A DNA stretch of 64,000 nucleotides from a virus (taxonomy: Duplodnaviria > Caudoviricetes): the IMG/VR virus record IMGVR_UViG_3300027996_003878, one strand, 5' to 3'. Under the pieces are notes generated by a model. That model made no database searches and was not told where the DNA came from. It was given only the letters and a program-made list of their open reading frames with translations. Positions 40,339 to 50,540 of this stretch are shown here, in pieces; the first letter of the stretch is position 1, and each line of letters starts with the position of its first letter. The position numbers were made by a program, and so were the translations under genes.

Positions 40339-40374
40339 AAATATCCGCACCAAGATAATTTGGTGCGGATATTT
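40339..40374 (-). terminator. Strong hairpin after the tail tube gene
   Basis: 15-bp perfect stem aaatatccgcaccaa / ttggtgcggatattt with a 6-nt loop. Confidence 0.8.
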
Positions 40375-40397
40375 AAAGTATCGAATTTTATAAAATA

Positions 40398-41030
40398 TTA
40401 TCCGTCAATAAAGGCATTTAAGAGGCCAGCGGCATCAAGGGCGCCGCGATACTTACCTCGGTCAGCCTCTCTTTCAAAAGGATTAACAAAGACAGGACCG
40501 CCATTGCCATTTCCAGCCGCGCTTACTACGTTACCATTTGTAGAAGCAATAATACTGTAGATGGACTCTGCCTGCCAACCCATCGTTTCAGCGATAATAA
40601 AACTTTCCGCGCTGTAGGTGTAACTTACACTATTGACCCAAACATTTTTAATTGTTGTGATAATTGCGTTATTCTCATCAGAATCAGCAAAAATATCATG
40701 TATTTCAATGTCAAAAGGTATTCTTTGAGCGTGAACATGAACGTATCCACGATCAAATGCCTCCAAAATACGTTGCTTATCAAAGCGTGTTCTATTGCAA
40801 CTTCCAGCTATTGTTGTACTTGACTGAGGGGCACTGTCAATGAGGCCGTCTGTCCCTACCTCTGCGATAGGCGCAATCGTCCTAGTTTCATTGACCTGTA
40901 AACTTTGCACGGCACCAACAATATTACCACCGCCAACCTTAATTATGATGTTAGTTGATAAATGAGTCGCCGTTCTATTATTACCTTGCGCGTCATCGAA
41001 AGCGGTTTTTGTATTACGAGCTGATGCCAT
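40398..41030 (-). CDS. Tail tube protein
   Basis: 210 aa directly downstream of the sheath; IVGAVQSL...IAEVGT...PFDIEI pattern. Confidence 0.75.
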   Translation of the reverse strand: MASARNTKTAFDDAQGNNRTATHLSTNIIIKVGGGNIVGAVQSLQVNETRTIAPIAEVGTDGLIDSAPQSSTTIAGSCNRTRFDKQRILEAFDRGYVHVHAQRIPFDIEIHDIFADSDENNAIITTIKNVWVNSVSYTYSAESFIIAETMGWQAESIYSIIASTNGNVVSAAGNGNGGPVFVNPFEREADRGKYRGALDAAGLLNAFIDG

Positions 41031-41048
41031 ATATTATTCCTCAATAAA

Positions 41049-43508
41049 TTAGAGCAAACCTATGCTTACCTTAATATAAATCCAGTTAACTGGGTAAACT
41101 GGCTGAATTGCTACAGTTATATTCCATTGACGAGGCTCAACCTCATCCCGAACAACCTTCAAATCTCTGAAGTCTGTAATTAGTTTCGCGGAGATAAAGC
41201 TCGTTACCACATTATTCGCACGAGCCATCAAGGAGCCCTGTGTTGTCTCATCTTCGGCAGTACCAATAAAGCCAGTAAAAGCAGCTCTCATGCTCTTAGA
41301 GACTCTATCTCTAATGAAGACAATGCTTATCTCCTCCTCCTCTGGGAATCCACTTTGGGTTGTGGTCTTTCCCCAAATAACTCGGCCGCCGCCTGCGACC
41401 GGCTGAAGTACCGTCGCACCTGCTACTGCCAAGTTTTCCAAAGTAATTGGTCTGTAAAGCTTGTCTCGTAAGATTGAGAAGCCTGTCAAGACCTTGTTGG
41501 TAAGAGGTACTGACACAAGCGGAATGCCTGACAAGAAGCCTCCAGCCGCTGCGGCTTGGAAAAAACCGTCAACCTTCACTCTATCAGCTCCAATTTGAAC
41601 AACAACTTCATCTGGGTAAAAATAAACCACTCTGAAGGTGTTGCCATAATTATCTGGAATGCCATAATCTGTTAAGTCTTCAATGTTACCAGCCAAAACC
41701 TCAGTAACATCATCGCCTTGAATGCCCTCTAGAACACCCAAGTCTTCAACGGCGGCGGGCTCCGCTCCAGTAACATTTTCAGGCGTGAGACCTGCAATTG
41801 CTCCAATAAACAAGACCCTTTCTTTGCGATTCTTGATATTACTCATGGTTTCGCAATGAATTCTTGCAGCTTGGAAAATAGCACTTATTGTCTGAGAAGG
41901 AAGTGGGACTACGATATCACAATCAATCTTCTCTAAGGCCTCTAAGCCTGCCTGCCAACCTGGGTCAAAGAAATCTGCATCCTTAGTGTCAACAACCGTA
42001 GCTCGAAGTGATTCCCCGGCGCTTAGCGCTAAGTCATCTGTAAACAAAATTACAGAGCTTTGATCTGAGCTATCAATAACTTCAAACTCAATGCCAGTCT
42101 CAGCGGTGAATGGCACAAGACCAACAATTGTAGCCTTCCCATCAGTCACTGCGGAAATAGAATATGTCCCAGCATTTGCAGCTGGTGACAGTATCTTTAC
42201 ACTTCTGGTTGGACTTAAGTCATCTAATGTAAATAGAACTGTATCACTGCTCAGCTCAGCTGTAGTGGTTGGTACGCCCACTACTAACGCGCCATCATCT
42301 CCTTGTTTTTGAACAGAATCCTTTAAGATGACTGTGTAAGAATAAGTGTAGGCTGGACCAAAGTGAAAGCTATTAGGATCTGCTGTAATCGCAGGATCAT
42401 AAAATGCAACCTTATTAGGTACAATTTGTGTCTCTGTCTCTGTGATAGGATCCGTCACAAAGAAATTTATATTTGATCCTGTGTCAGGCGTTACATTCAA
42501 AGGTAAGGGGAACGAAAGATCATCCGCCGTAGCACCACCTGATGCCGATTCCTCTAATAAATATGAAACTCTTCTCGGCAAGCTAGGAGCACACTGAAGC
42601 GCCCAAACACCTGGCGGCCCATTTGCAAAAGCCAATTGCGCGCCAAGAGTTAGCCGATTTGCCAGACTAGCCTGACCGTGCTTTTGAGCTAATAAATCAA
42701 TATCACTAAAGAATTGAGGGTCATTTAATTCTGCTTCAGAAATATAAGTAGCTACGAGAGAGTCACCTGCCTGCAATGCTCCGCTCTGAACCTCAATAGT
42801 AAATACATCACCCTCAATAAAGGCACTTGAACCTTCTGTTATTGAAAATTGTAAAATCGTATTATCATTTACAACGCCATTCGACTCCCAAACTACCTGA
42901 TTTCCATTGTCATCAAGAATATTGCCACTTACAGAGCCAGTTGCTATAAACTTAGCATATCCATCAATTGGATTTCCATAACCATCTCTACGAACAGATG
43001 TGCAGCGAACAGTCCACGTTTCTGTAGGAGCGTTTAAATCAATTAACGTAAGGCCATTTATAGTGCCATTACCAACATTGATAGCATTTGGCTTATAAAA
43101 GGAGCCGCCCTGATCAACTAATGATGCTGTTTGGAGTTCAATACGACCATTACTAATATCAATTCTATAATCAAAAGAGGAGCTAAATCCAGGACTTGAA
43201 GGCGTAAATACCTGCTCTAAACCTACGAGAGGAATTCCATTCTTAAAAAGAGTTGTTCTATTCGAGACAACAGGCACAAAACTTAATAAAAAGTGCCTAC
43301 CATCACTGTTGTTTGTGGATGAGTAAGCAGGATTTAAACCATCATTGCCACCGCCAACAGCTGCGGATATTAATACTTCTTCACGAGCGCCTTCTCCAAG
43401 AATAGCCGTAAGTCTAACTCCGCCAGGTACAGCAACGCCCCGTGAATTAGTGACAACCTCGCTATAGACGCCTGGAAGTGCGTTAGTCGCTCCAGGAAAG
43501 TTTGGCAT
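41049..43508 (-). CDS. Tail sheath protein
   Basis: PGVYSEV N-terminus; GRVIWGKTT, SIVFIRDRV and C-terminal IQPVYPVNWIYI sheath motifs. Confidence 0.9.
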   Translation of the reverse strand: MPNFPGATNALPGVYSEVVTNSRGVAVPGGVRLTAILGEGAREEVLISAAVGGGNDGLNPAYSSTNNSDGRHFLLSFVPVVSNRTTLFKNGIPLVGLEQVFTPSSPGFSSSFDYRIDISNGRIELQTASLVDQGGSFYKPNAINVGNGTINGLTLIDLNAPTETWTVRCTSVRRDGYGNPIDGYAKFIATGSVSGNILDDNGNQVVWESNGVVNDNTILQFSITEGSSAFIEGDVFTIEVQSGALQAGDSLVATYISEAELNDPQFFSDIDLLAQKHGQASLANRLTLGAQLAFANGPPGVWALQCAPSLPRRVSYLLEESASGGATADDLSFPLPLNVTPDTGSNINFFVTDPITETETQIVPNKVAFYDPAITADPNSFHFGPAYTYSYTVILKDSVQKQGDDGALVVGVPTTTAELSSDTVLFTLDDLSPTRSVKILSPAANAGTYSISAVTDGKATIVGLVPFTAETGIEFEVIDSSDQSSVILFTDDLALSAGESLRATVVDTKDADFFDPGWQAGLEALEKIDCDIVVPLPSQTISAIFQAARIHCETMSNIKNRKERVLFIGAIAGLTPENVTGAEPAAVEDLGVLEGIQGDDVTEVLAGNIEDLTDYGIPDNYGNTFRVVYFYPDEVVVQIGADRVKVDGFFQAAAAGGFLSGIPLVSVPLTNKVLTGFSILRDKLYRPITLENLAVAGATVLQPVAGGGRVIWGKTTTQSGFPEEEEISIVFIRDRVSKSMRAAFTGFIGTAEDETTQGSLMARANNVVTSFISAKLITDFRDLKVVRDEVEPRQWNITVAIQPVYPVNWIYIKVSIGLL

Positions 43509-43628
43509 TTATATCCCTCTTTTGCTCAATAAAATAAGTCATAGATTAACGATAATATATTGTATTATTACCTAACATTATTCCTAATTATTGCTAATTA
43601 TTGCCAAATAGATTTAACATTGATTTTT

Positions 43629-44420
43629 TCACAGATCAGATAGAGCGTCTAATAATTCGACGGTTGTATTTATTTGCATGTTTTCTGCATATCTTGGCGG
43701 CTCAGATTCAACATTACCAATATCAACACAAATATTAATTATATTAATTACAGAATCAACTGGAATTTTTCTTCTCCATTCACTTCTAATATCAAACGTA
43801 ATTGATTGTCTGAACAATTTATCATTTCGATCTTCTGACTCAGAGGGACCTCCAACAGAAACTTGCTTTATTACAACCCCAGAATCAATCATTTCTTGAT
43901 GCCTTAAGTCAACGAATAACAAAGAAACAAGCTCAACTATCTCATCTCTTGATCTTAAAGAACGAGTTATAACATCTACAGTTACACTTCCCTCCCAAGC
44001 GCCACTTCTAACAAAAAAACTAGGCGTAGAAACCAATTTTTCATTGCCATATCCATCTACATATCTAATGTTCTTCCATTCAACAACACCACGATTACGA
44101 CTCATTGATATTGGAACATAATTAGCTCCATTACTTTTTATATAAAGACCCGGATAATAAGCCACATCAAAGCGAAAATATTCACCAATAAATAATCTTG
44201 TTGTTTCATCATCATAAAGACCTGCATCACGAGGAAGCCCCGTATGATCAGGGGTATTTGGAAAGCCCCAGGCATCACGGCTATAATGATAATATGAGCC
44301 TTCGGAGAAAAAATTTCTTAATGTTTCAATAAATAATTGCTTAGGATATGATACCTGTGTGTTTTGAACATAATCATACAAATGATATAAATCTGTTTTG
44401 AATGTATTCGAGGTACCCAT
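43629..44420 (-). CDS. Tail completion/terminator (neck) protein
   Basis: WEGSVTVDVITRSLRSRDEIVELV; upstream of the sheath gene. Confidence 0.55.
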   Translation of the reverse strand: MGTSNTFKTDLYHLYDYVQNTQVSYPKQLFIETLRNFFSEGSYYHYSRDAWGFPNTPDHTGLPRDAGLYDDETTRLFIGEYFRFDVAYYPGLYIKSNGANYVPISMSRNRGVVEWKNIRYVDGYGNEKLVSTPSFFVRSGAWEGSVTVDVITRSLRSRDEIVELVSLLFVDLRHQEMIDSGVVIKQVSVGGPSESEDRNDKLFRQSITFDIRSEWRRKIPVDSVINIINICVDIGNVESEPPRYAENMQINTTVELLDALSDL

Positions 44421-44505
44421 TTATCTCACAACTAAAATAATATATCTATTTTTTATATCTTAATATGTATTCATTGCATTTACATTGAAATTAATAAATT
44501 AAGAA

Positions 44506-44709
44506 TTAGCCTTTGAAATCTGAGTATCGAAGCCACTCAAATTCATAACCCTCACTTTCAGGATCAAAGCCAAGCTCTCTTAAAATATCTTTAGCTTTTT
44601 TAATTCTGTCATCTCCGATCTTACAATCACAATACACCCTCATAACTATCGTTCTATAAACTTGAATAAATCCATAACCCTTACAGATTTTGCACGCCAA
44701 GAAGGACAT
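44506..44709 (-). CDS. Small Cys4 zinc-ribbon-like protein
   Basis: CKICKGYG...YCDC; 67 aa in an otherwise empty gap. Confidence 0.55.
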   Translation of the reverse strand: MSFLACKICKGYGFIQVYRTIVMRVYCDCKIGDDRIKKAKDILRELGFDPESEGYEFEWLRYSDFKG

Positions 44710-44728
44710 TATATTACAGGATAATCAC

Positions 44729-47700
44729 TTACCATCTATAAGTTATAATACACTCAGATACATTTATAAACAAACTATTAGGATTTGTTTCAATCAAGCA
44801 TTGAAGCTTGAGAACCGGCTCGGTGCTAGGAATATTTCTAATTAATTCCAAATTAGGACCTGATAATGTATGATTTGTAGTACCGCCTGAAACCAACGGC
44901 TGTACATCAGGAGCCTGATGTCCGGCTCCCCCGATATTGTCTTGCAATACAAACAACGCTTGCTCGATTCCCACGCCAGAAATATTACCCGAAACTGTCA
45001 CTGTGACCTGTGCTGAAATAATTTCTACACCATAGGGAAGCATTGACGATAGCGGTATGGTCCAATTCCAAGCAACTCCCTGATTTAAATCACCATAATA
45101 AAGTTGCACTGTATTTCCAGCCGCATCATTCCATGAAGCATTTGAAAGAAGAACAAACCCGGTAGCAGGCGGCAGGTTAGCGGTATATCCAGCGCTATTA
45201 AAAGTGGCTGCGTTAGAATTAGCAGTACCAAGCTGACCATAAGCGCCATGAACAGGGACAACTTCTGTTTGGTTTTTATTAGCTGTAACAATAACATTTA
45301 AAGAATGATTGTCATTAACAACTTCTGTGTCGGTCCCTGCCTGATCAATTGTCGGAGAGTCAAAAAAATTATCTCTTACTAGCCCAAATGCCTGTGTATT
45401 ATCAGTGCTAATCTCAATATAACGGCTTATATCAAAGCCTTGTCTGTCAATTTTATTTGATTGAACAATAAACTCTCTTTCGCCTGTATAAACAGTTGAA
45501 AGAAGAATGCCATAACCATTTACATCTATACCTCTTATGATGTTTTCAGTTATCGTGCCAGATACAGATGAAAAAATACCCGCAAGGTAACCATAAAAAA
45601 CAATACCTGCGCCCTCATCGAAAGCCCCTCTATCGATTATATTTCTAGAAATAACAACTTCACCAACTGAGGAATTATTATTGTGAAAAACACTTATACA
45701 AGTGTACCCACCAACTATGGGCGAAGTTGTATAATTACTTAGGTACGTAACATCGAAGGCTGTAAGTCTATTATCAGTTATTGACTTTTGACTTGCATAA
45801 CCCCCAAATGGATCACTGCCAGTGCTTGAAACATTAATCCAATTGCAGGAGTTATTATGAATAGCGAACGATCCTGCTACCACATCAATATCATCGGCTT
45901 CTACAAGAAAGGTTCCGGTTGTCAAAATTGGATCAATATAATTAGCTATGTTGCCGATTAGATTACAAGAGTTATTTTGAATAACCAAGCCCTTTGTTCT
46001 ATTTGTCACCAACTCATAACTAAAGGTATTTGCAATTACCCCACCAACAAGGAAGCCGATAACGCCACAAAAATTGTTTTCAATAGTTGTATTTATTACA
46101 GAAAGCGAATTCAAATCATCATCTATAGTTCCAGTACTGTTCTCTTGTGTAATATAAATACCTTGCTTAAGATTACAGGTATTTCCTGAAATTTGACAAT
46201 TTGCCACTAAAGAAGGAGTCGTCGGTGCGGGTCCAGTAAGTTCACTTCTTATTATTGCAATAGCGCTTTGATCTCTGGCAGGAGAAACATCATTATCGTT
46301 AAAATTACAATCAATGACCCTTAATTCATTTAGTATGCCGTCTACACCTCGCTCCATACAAATATACGGTGGTCGCTGCTCTCCCGCACGCAAATCAGAA
46401 TAAAATGAACAATTTTCTATTGTTATTCTTTCAACAGAATCTGTGCCTCCAAAAATACATCCATTTGCACTGTTTATTTTATCATTAGCGCTATAAGATA
46501 GCCCAATTGGATCGTAATTAAATGTCAAGTTTCTAAATGTAATATCTTTATCAACCAAAAAGCCCTGATCAGAGCTTACATTTAGAACCGCTCCATCACC
46601 CTCAAAAACAACTCCGCGTTCTAGCTGCGTAAGATCTACCAGCTGATCAATATCAAATGTACCCTTTAATGTGACTAAATTTTTAGAATTCTCTAAGTTA
46701 TTAATCCAATTTATTAAAGGCTCAAAACTTTTAAAGTTACCATGAAACCCGCCAGAAGACAGCGTCAATGGTGGGTTGGTTGTTTCTGAAAATACAAACT
46801 TACGCAAGTCACTAACAGTGCCAGCTGTAAAAGACGATATAATTGCTGGCATAATTGCAATTGGCGTAAGATCTTTACGATCATTAATAAGTTCAGCAAA
46901 CGTCACAGACGGAACATAATAACTCGAAGCACCACCTGGCGTAGATGCAAAGAACTGTTGCTTCACAGATGTAACTATAATTGGTACTAAGTTATTATCT
47001 TCTGTAGCACATACCGCCCAGTTTACAACCTGTACATTCGGAGGGACTGGCAGCCCTGACGCATCATAAATCTCTGGTATTGTTACAGACGAGTTATTTA
47101 AAACACTTATCGCACCATTAACAAGAGCTAATCCGCCCTTAAAGAAAATCTCACGATCATCAGATGGATTTATATAGTCAAAATCCAGCCCCCGAATAAC
47201 ACCATTACCATGTAAATAGCGATCTCCGGCAGAAATAAATTCAATAGCTGAATCTGTAAAGTCAGTTTCATCGACACTTCCAAACTGCCTTCGATCTAAT
47301 ACATGCTCAACAATCTCCTTACCAAGCTCTGCCCTCCAATTTACCTCACATGTAGCTAAAAGAAGATTCTCATCATTGAGCTTTAAAGTTGGAAAAATCT
47401 CTATGTCAACATATCTATCTGGTGTAACTGTAACACCTGGATATACGTCAAAATCATTGAATTCTAAATCAATATAATCTACATTAGTTTCATCATAGAA
47501 TCTAACTGAAACATTTTTACGACCACGTGTTATCGGTCCAACATTTAAAATTCCAGGAATACCCAGCCCAGGCCTTTGACCGATATAACCATCGAACTCG
47601 CCAGATGCAATATTATAATTAGTTACATAAAGTCTAATAAATCTCGCATATTCAAGAGGATTTCCATCTCTGTAACCTCTAAACTTTGGAGAAACATCTC

Positions 47701-50050
47701 GTATATGCCATCTACTAGTCTCCAGCAACTCCGTCGTTCCAAGCTGCATTGGAATTCTAGCGCGCTCGTGAGTAAATGTAACACCTTCTTTATTTACATA
47801 GACCTCATGAAGTCTTGAGTAATTATCTGAAGATGGAGCGTCGTCAATAACGTTTTGTTTGTCAAAAGAAACAGAGTCTTCTGAGAAGAACAACTTAACC
47901 GGCAAACTAGGGGTTGAAGAGGAGGATACAGCATTACCTGTCGCATGAATGCCATTAATTACAGTAATATAAGTGCAGTCAGGCTGCCCAGCGCATTTTT
48001 CAAATGAAACTTCTTTTATGATAAATCTACCATAATCAACATCTTTATAAGCCGGATCTGTAAAGGAAACCGAGGGCTGTATTACTATTGTTTTACCCTT
48101 CTTAAGCCCCGCCGCCTCTAAATTCAAAGGCACCTTGTAAGTGACCTCTACAGTAAAGGCACCTACAACATTTCTGATAAAAATCTCGCCATCCCACGAA
48201 CCATCAGCATTTGCATTATAGGTAGGGGCAAAATCATCTCTCTTACGGCCATTAACAATATAATAACGCTGCTTTAAAGGGGGAATAACCTTTGTAGGCA
48301 GCTGTGCTGCTGTCACATCTGGGAAGCTTGCTTGATACGAAGGGCTTGCCGCATCCGCATGCGCAGCTCCAAAGCCAAGTGCATCAAAATTATCTAAAGT
48401 ATCCCCGCCTATTACGTTTTTTACATAAGAGCCCGTAACTAGCGTACCTGAGGAATTATCACCTGATATGATTGCAAAGCTAGCTCCGCCATAAGAATCA
48501 GCGAGCATTATGCCAAAATCACCCTTGTAAGCAAAAGTAATAAATCTGTAATTATACCCTAAGTTACGTAGGCTATTGTTAGTTTGCTGAACTACATCTT
48601 CTAAATTATATTTACCTGGAGTAACGCCTGCATTTCCAGTTACATCGATTGCAGGTAAGCTAATTACCTTTTCAGCAGGATTGCCCGTTGGGTAAAGCTC
48701 TAAATATAGGTTATAGTGCGTAGAGTCAAGTTGACCAGGATCAAAGCCCAAACCTAAGGCAGTCGCTCCTTTTGGATCAGAAACGATGAGGCTCGATAAT
48801 ATATTTGAAAAACTAGACGAAGGAATGGCGTTAGCAGGAGCTACTGCTAAAATTCCAGCAGTATCTCTGTCATATAATGGACGATCAATTCTAGCATAGG
48901 CATAACCATCATTGTACCCATCACTGTAACCATCGCCGCTATTGAAAAGATTAACGCCATTTAATCGGACAAACCATTCCAGCCCTGCATTATATCTAAC
49001 AGAATCAATAGGATACAGCGCCTCAATGCCGTTGCCGTAATTTATTCTGATTATATCACCGCTACGCACCTGGCTAAACTGCGAGTCAAATACATATGTG
49101 CTCTTAGGATTCTCAGGAAGAAACTTAACAATATCATCGCCAATAGATGTATTATCAACAGGTGACGTATTAGGATCTGTGACTAAATAAGTACTAACCG
49201 GAGTAGGAGGCACAACATTTTGCTTATACCCATCTGGTAGGTTAAAACCCTGAGCGCGAGTTATTCTGGGTATTGCATTTGCATGTTGAGTTGCCCGATG
49301 CTGTCCTAAATTTAAAACCTCAGCATCATCAATTGCGTCCAATGCCTTTTGAACATTATCAGCTGTTTGCGGGATTTCCTCAAACGAACTTGTATCCACC
49401 TGTATTGCTGATGCAACATGTGCGTCCAAGACTGCATTTTGATGCGCGTTGAAAGAATCATTAATCTGCTGTAAGGCCCTTCCAACCGTAGTGGCGCTTA
49501 ACGGATTTCCGTCTTTATCAACTAACCCTCCCCATACAAAAGCAGGATCTCGCGTATCACTCGGGACTGCATTTAAATCAATTTGACTAGCGACATGACG
49601 CGCCAAAGTTACGCCATCAGCTAGAACTGCAACTCCCTTAATATGAGATATTAAGTTTGCATCCGTTGTACTTGCAAAGGCAGCTAATGAATTTAACAGA
49701 GCCGAATTATCTGCAATAAGAGTATTAAGATCTGATGTTCCATAATCTAACGATAACTTAAACTCTTTTATACCTGCATTTGATGCAACTTGATTATCAA
49801 CGATTGGCAATGTAGCCAGACCAACGCTTGTAAGAGCAGAGGCCTTTATAGTGCCATCTGGATTTAAAGATGTATCCAATCTGGCCGCTACTGAACCAGC
49901 ACTTCCGGCAGGATTAATTCCTAATTCTTTTTCAATAGCAAATACAGCATCACGAAGCTGATTAATTGCCTCTGTGCCTAACTCTGATAAATTATCATCA
50001 ATTCGGATAATGGTATTATCATCATCAATATCAAAAGGGTAAACTGACAT
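44729..50050 (-). CDS. 1773-aa tail fibre/spike-like virion protein with a right-handed beta-helix
   Basis: Pectin-lyase-like repeats (ITIENCSF, QISGNTC, TIENNFC, AIHNNSC); HVASxI motifs; five DGY. Confidence 0.65.
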   Translation of the reverse strand: MSVYPFDIDDDNTIIRIDDNLSELGTEAINQLRDAVFAIEKELGINPAGSAGSVAARLDTSLNPDGTIKASALTSVGLATLPIVDNQVASNAGIKEFKLSLDYGTSDLNTLIADNSALLNSLAAFASTTDANLISHIKGVAVLADGVTLARHVASQIDLNAVPSDTRDPAFVWGGLVDKDGNPLSATTVGRALQQINDSFNAHQNAVLDAHVASAIQVDTSSFEEIPQTADNVQKALDAIDDAEVLNLGQHRATQHANAIPRITRAQGFNLPDGYKQNVVPPTPVSTYLVTDPNTSPVDNTSIGDDIVKFLPENPKSTYVFDSQFSQVRSGDIIRINYGNGIEALYPIDSVRYNAGLEWFVRLNGVNLFNSGDGYSDGYNDGYAYARIDRPLYDRDTAGILAVAPANAIPSSSFSNILSSLIVSDPKGATALGLGFDPGQLDSTHYNLYLELYPTGNPAEKVISLPAIDVTGNAGVTPGKYNLEDVVQQTNNSLRNLGYNYRFITFAYKGDFGIMLADSYGGASFAIISGDNSSGTLVTGSYVKNVIGGDTLDNFDALGFGAAHADAASPSYQASFPDVTAAQLPTKVIPPLKQRYYIVNGRKRDDFAPTYNANADGSWDGEIFIRNVVGAFTVEVTYKVPLNLEAAGLKKGKTIVIQPSVSFTDPAYKDVDYGRFIIKEVSFEKCAGQPDCTYITVINGIHATGNAVSSSSTPSLPVKLFFSEDSVSFDKQNVIDDAPSSDNYSRLHEVYVNKEGVTFTHERARIPMQLGTTELLETSRWHIRDVSPKFRGYRDGNPLEYARFIRLYVTNYNIASGEFDGYIGQRPGLGIPGILNVGPITRGRKNVSVRFYDETNVDYIDLEFNDFDVYPGVTVTPDRYVDIEIFPTLKLNDENLLLATCEVNWRAELGKEIVEHVLDRRQFGSVDETDFTDSAIEFISAGDRYLHGNGVIRGLDFDYINPSDDREIFFKGGLALVNGAISVLNNSSVTIPEIYDASGLPVPPNVQVVNWAVCATEDNNLVPIIVTSVKQQFFASTPGGASSYYVPSVTFAELINDRKDLTPIAIMPAIISSFTAGTVSDLRKFVFSETTNPPLTLSSGGFHGNFKSFEPLINWINNLENSKNLVTLKGTFDIDQLVDLTQLERGVVFEGDGAVLNVSSDQGFLVDKDITFRNLTFNYDPIGLSYSANDKINSANGCIFGGTDSVERITIENCSFYSDLRAGEQRPPYICMERGVDGILNELRVIDCNFNDNDVSPARDQSAIAIIRSELTGPAPTTPSLVANCQISGNTCNLKQGIYITQENSTGTIDDDLNSLSVINTTIENNFCGVIGFLVGGVIANTFSYELVTNRTKGLVIQNNSCNLIGNIANYIDPILTTGTFLVEADDIDVVAGSFAIHNNSCNWINVSSTGSDPFGGYASQKSITDNRLTAFDVTYLSNYTTSPIVGGYTCISVFHNNNSSVGEVVISRNIIDRGAFDEGAGIVFYGYLAGIFSSVSGTITENIIRGIDVNGYGILLSTVYTGEREFIVQSNKIDRQGFDISRYIEISTDNTQAFGLVRDNFFDSPTIDQAGTDTEVVNDNHSLNVIVTANKNQTEVVPVHGAYGQLGTANSNAATFNSAGYTANLPPATGFVLLSNASWNDAAGNTVQLYYGDLNQGVAWNWTIPLSSMLPYGVEIISAQVTVTVSGNISGVGIEQALFVLQDNIGGAGHQAPDVQPLVSGGTTNHTLSGPNLELIRNIPSTEPVLKLQCLIETNPNSLFINVSECIITYRW
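48902..48934 (-). repeat. DGY-S-DGY-N-DGY coding repeat
   Basis: GAT GGT TAC AGT GAT GGG TAC AAT GAT GGT TAT. Confidence 0.9.
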
Positions 50051-50101
50051 TACAACACCTTAATTAAATTAATACCCGTATTTGTTTGAATGTTTTAAGC
50101 A

Positions 50102-50422
50102 CTACTCAGATTTACTATTTAGCCAAGACTTTACTCTGTTATAAAGAAAACTAGAAAATAGACCACAAACACTTCCATATATAATATGGTTTAAAGTATC
50201 GCCTGCAAGCATTTCAGGCCAAGGAAACCTTGGGACTAATAAACCAAAAAGAGCACCATTTCCGATACCGCCTAATGGCAGAAAAAGCTCTCTCCAAAAA
50301 CGGTTTTCTGAAGCTTGCTTCCACAAACTTTCTACCATTGTTCTGATTACGTATGTGACAACATAAATGGCCAAACACAGAACCAATGTTTGCCAAGAAA
50401 AAAATTGTTCCAGAGCGCCCAT
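50102..50422 (-). CDS. Holin-like small membrane protein (start re-assigned to ATG 50422)
   Basis: 106 aa with 2-3 hydrophobic segments and a basic C-terminus; AAGGA SD upstream of 50422. Confidence 0.5.
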   Translation of the reverse strand: MGALEQFFSWQTLVLCLAIYVVTYVIRTMVESLWKQASENRFWRELFLPLGGIGNGALFGLLVPRFPWPEMLAGDTLNHIIYGSVCGLFSSFLYNRVKSWLNSKSE

Positions 50423-50490
50423 ATTAATCCTTATTTTGTTAAAATATTCAAACAAATACTCAACTTAAATACTCAATTATGCGCAATAAA

Positions 50491-50525
50491 TAATTGACAA
50501 TAATAAATAGATACATTGTCAATTA
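50491..50525. repeat. 11-bp inverted repeat (terminator or operator)
   Basis: taattgacaat (50491-501) / attgtcaatta (50515-25). Confidence 0.6.
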
Positions 50526-50540
50526 CATAAAAATCACTTA

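Noticed and set aside
44506-44709. DnaJ-type zinc finger
   Set aside because: Only one CxxCxGxG repeat and no J domain.
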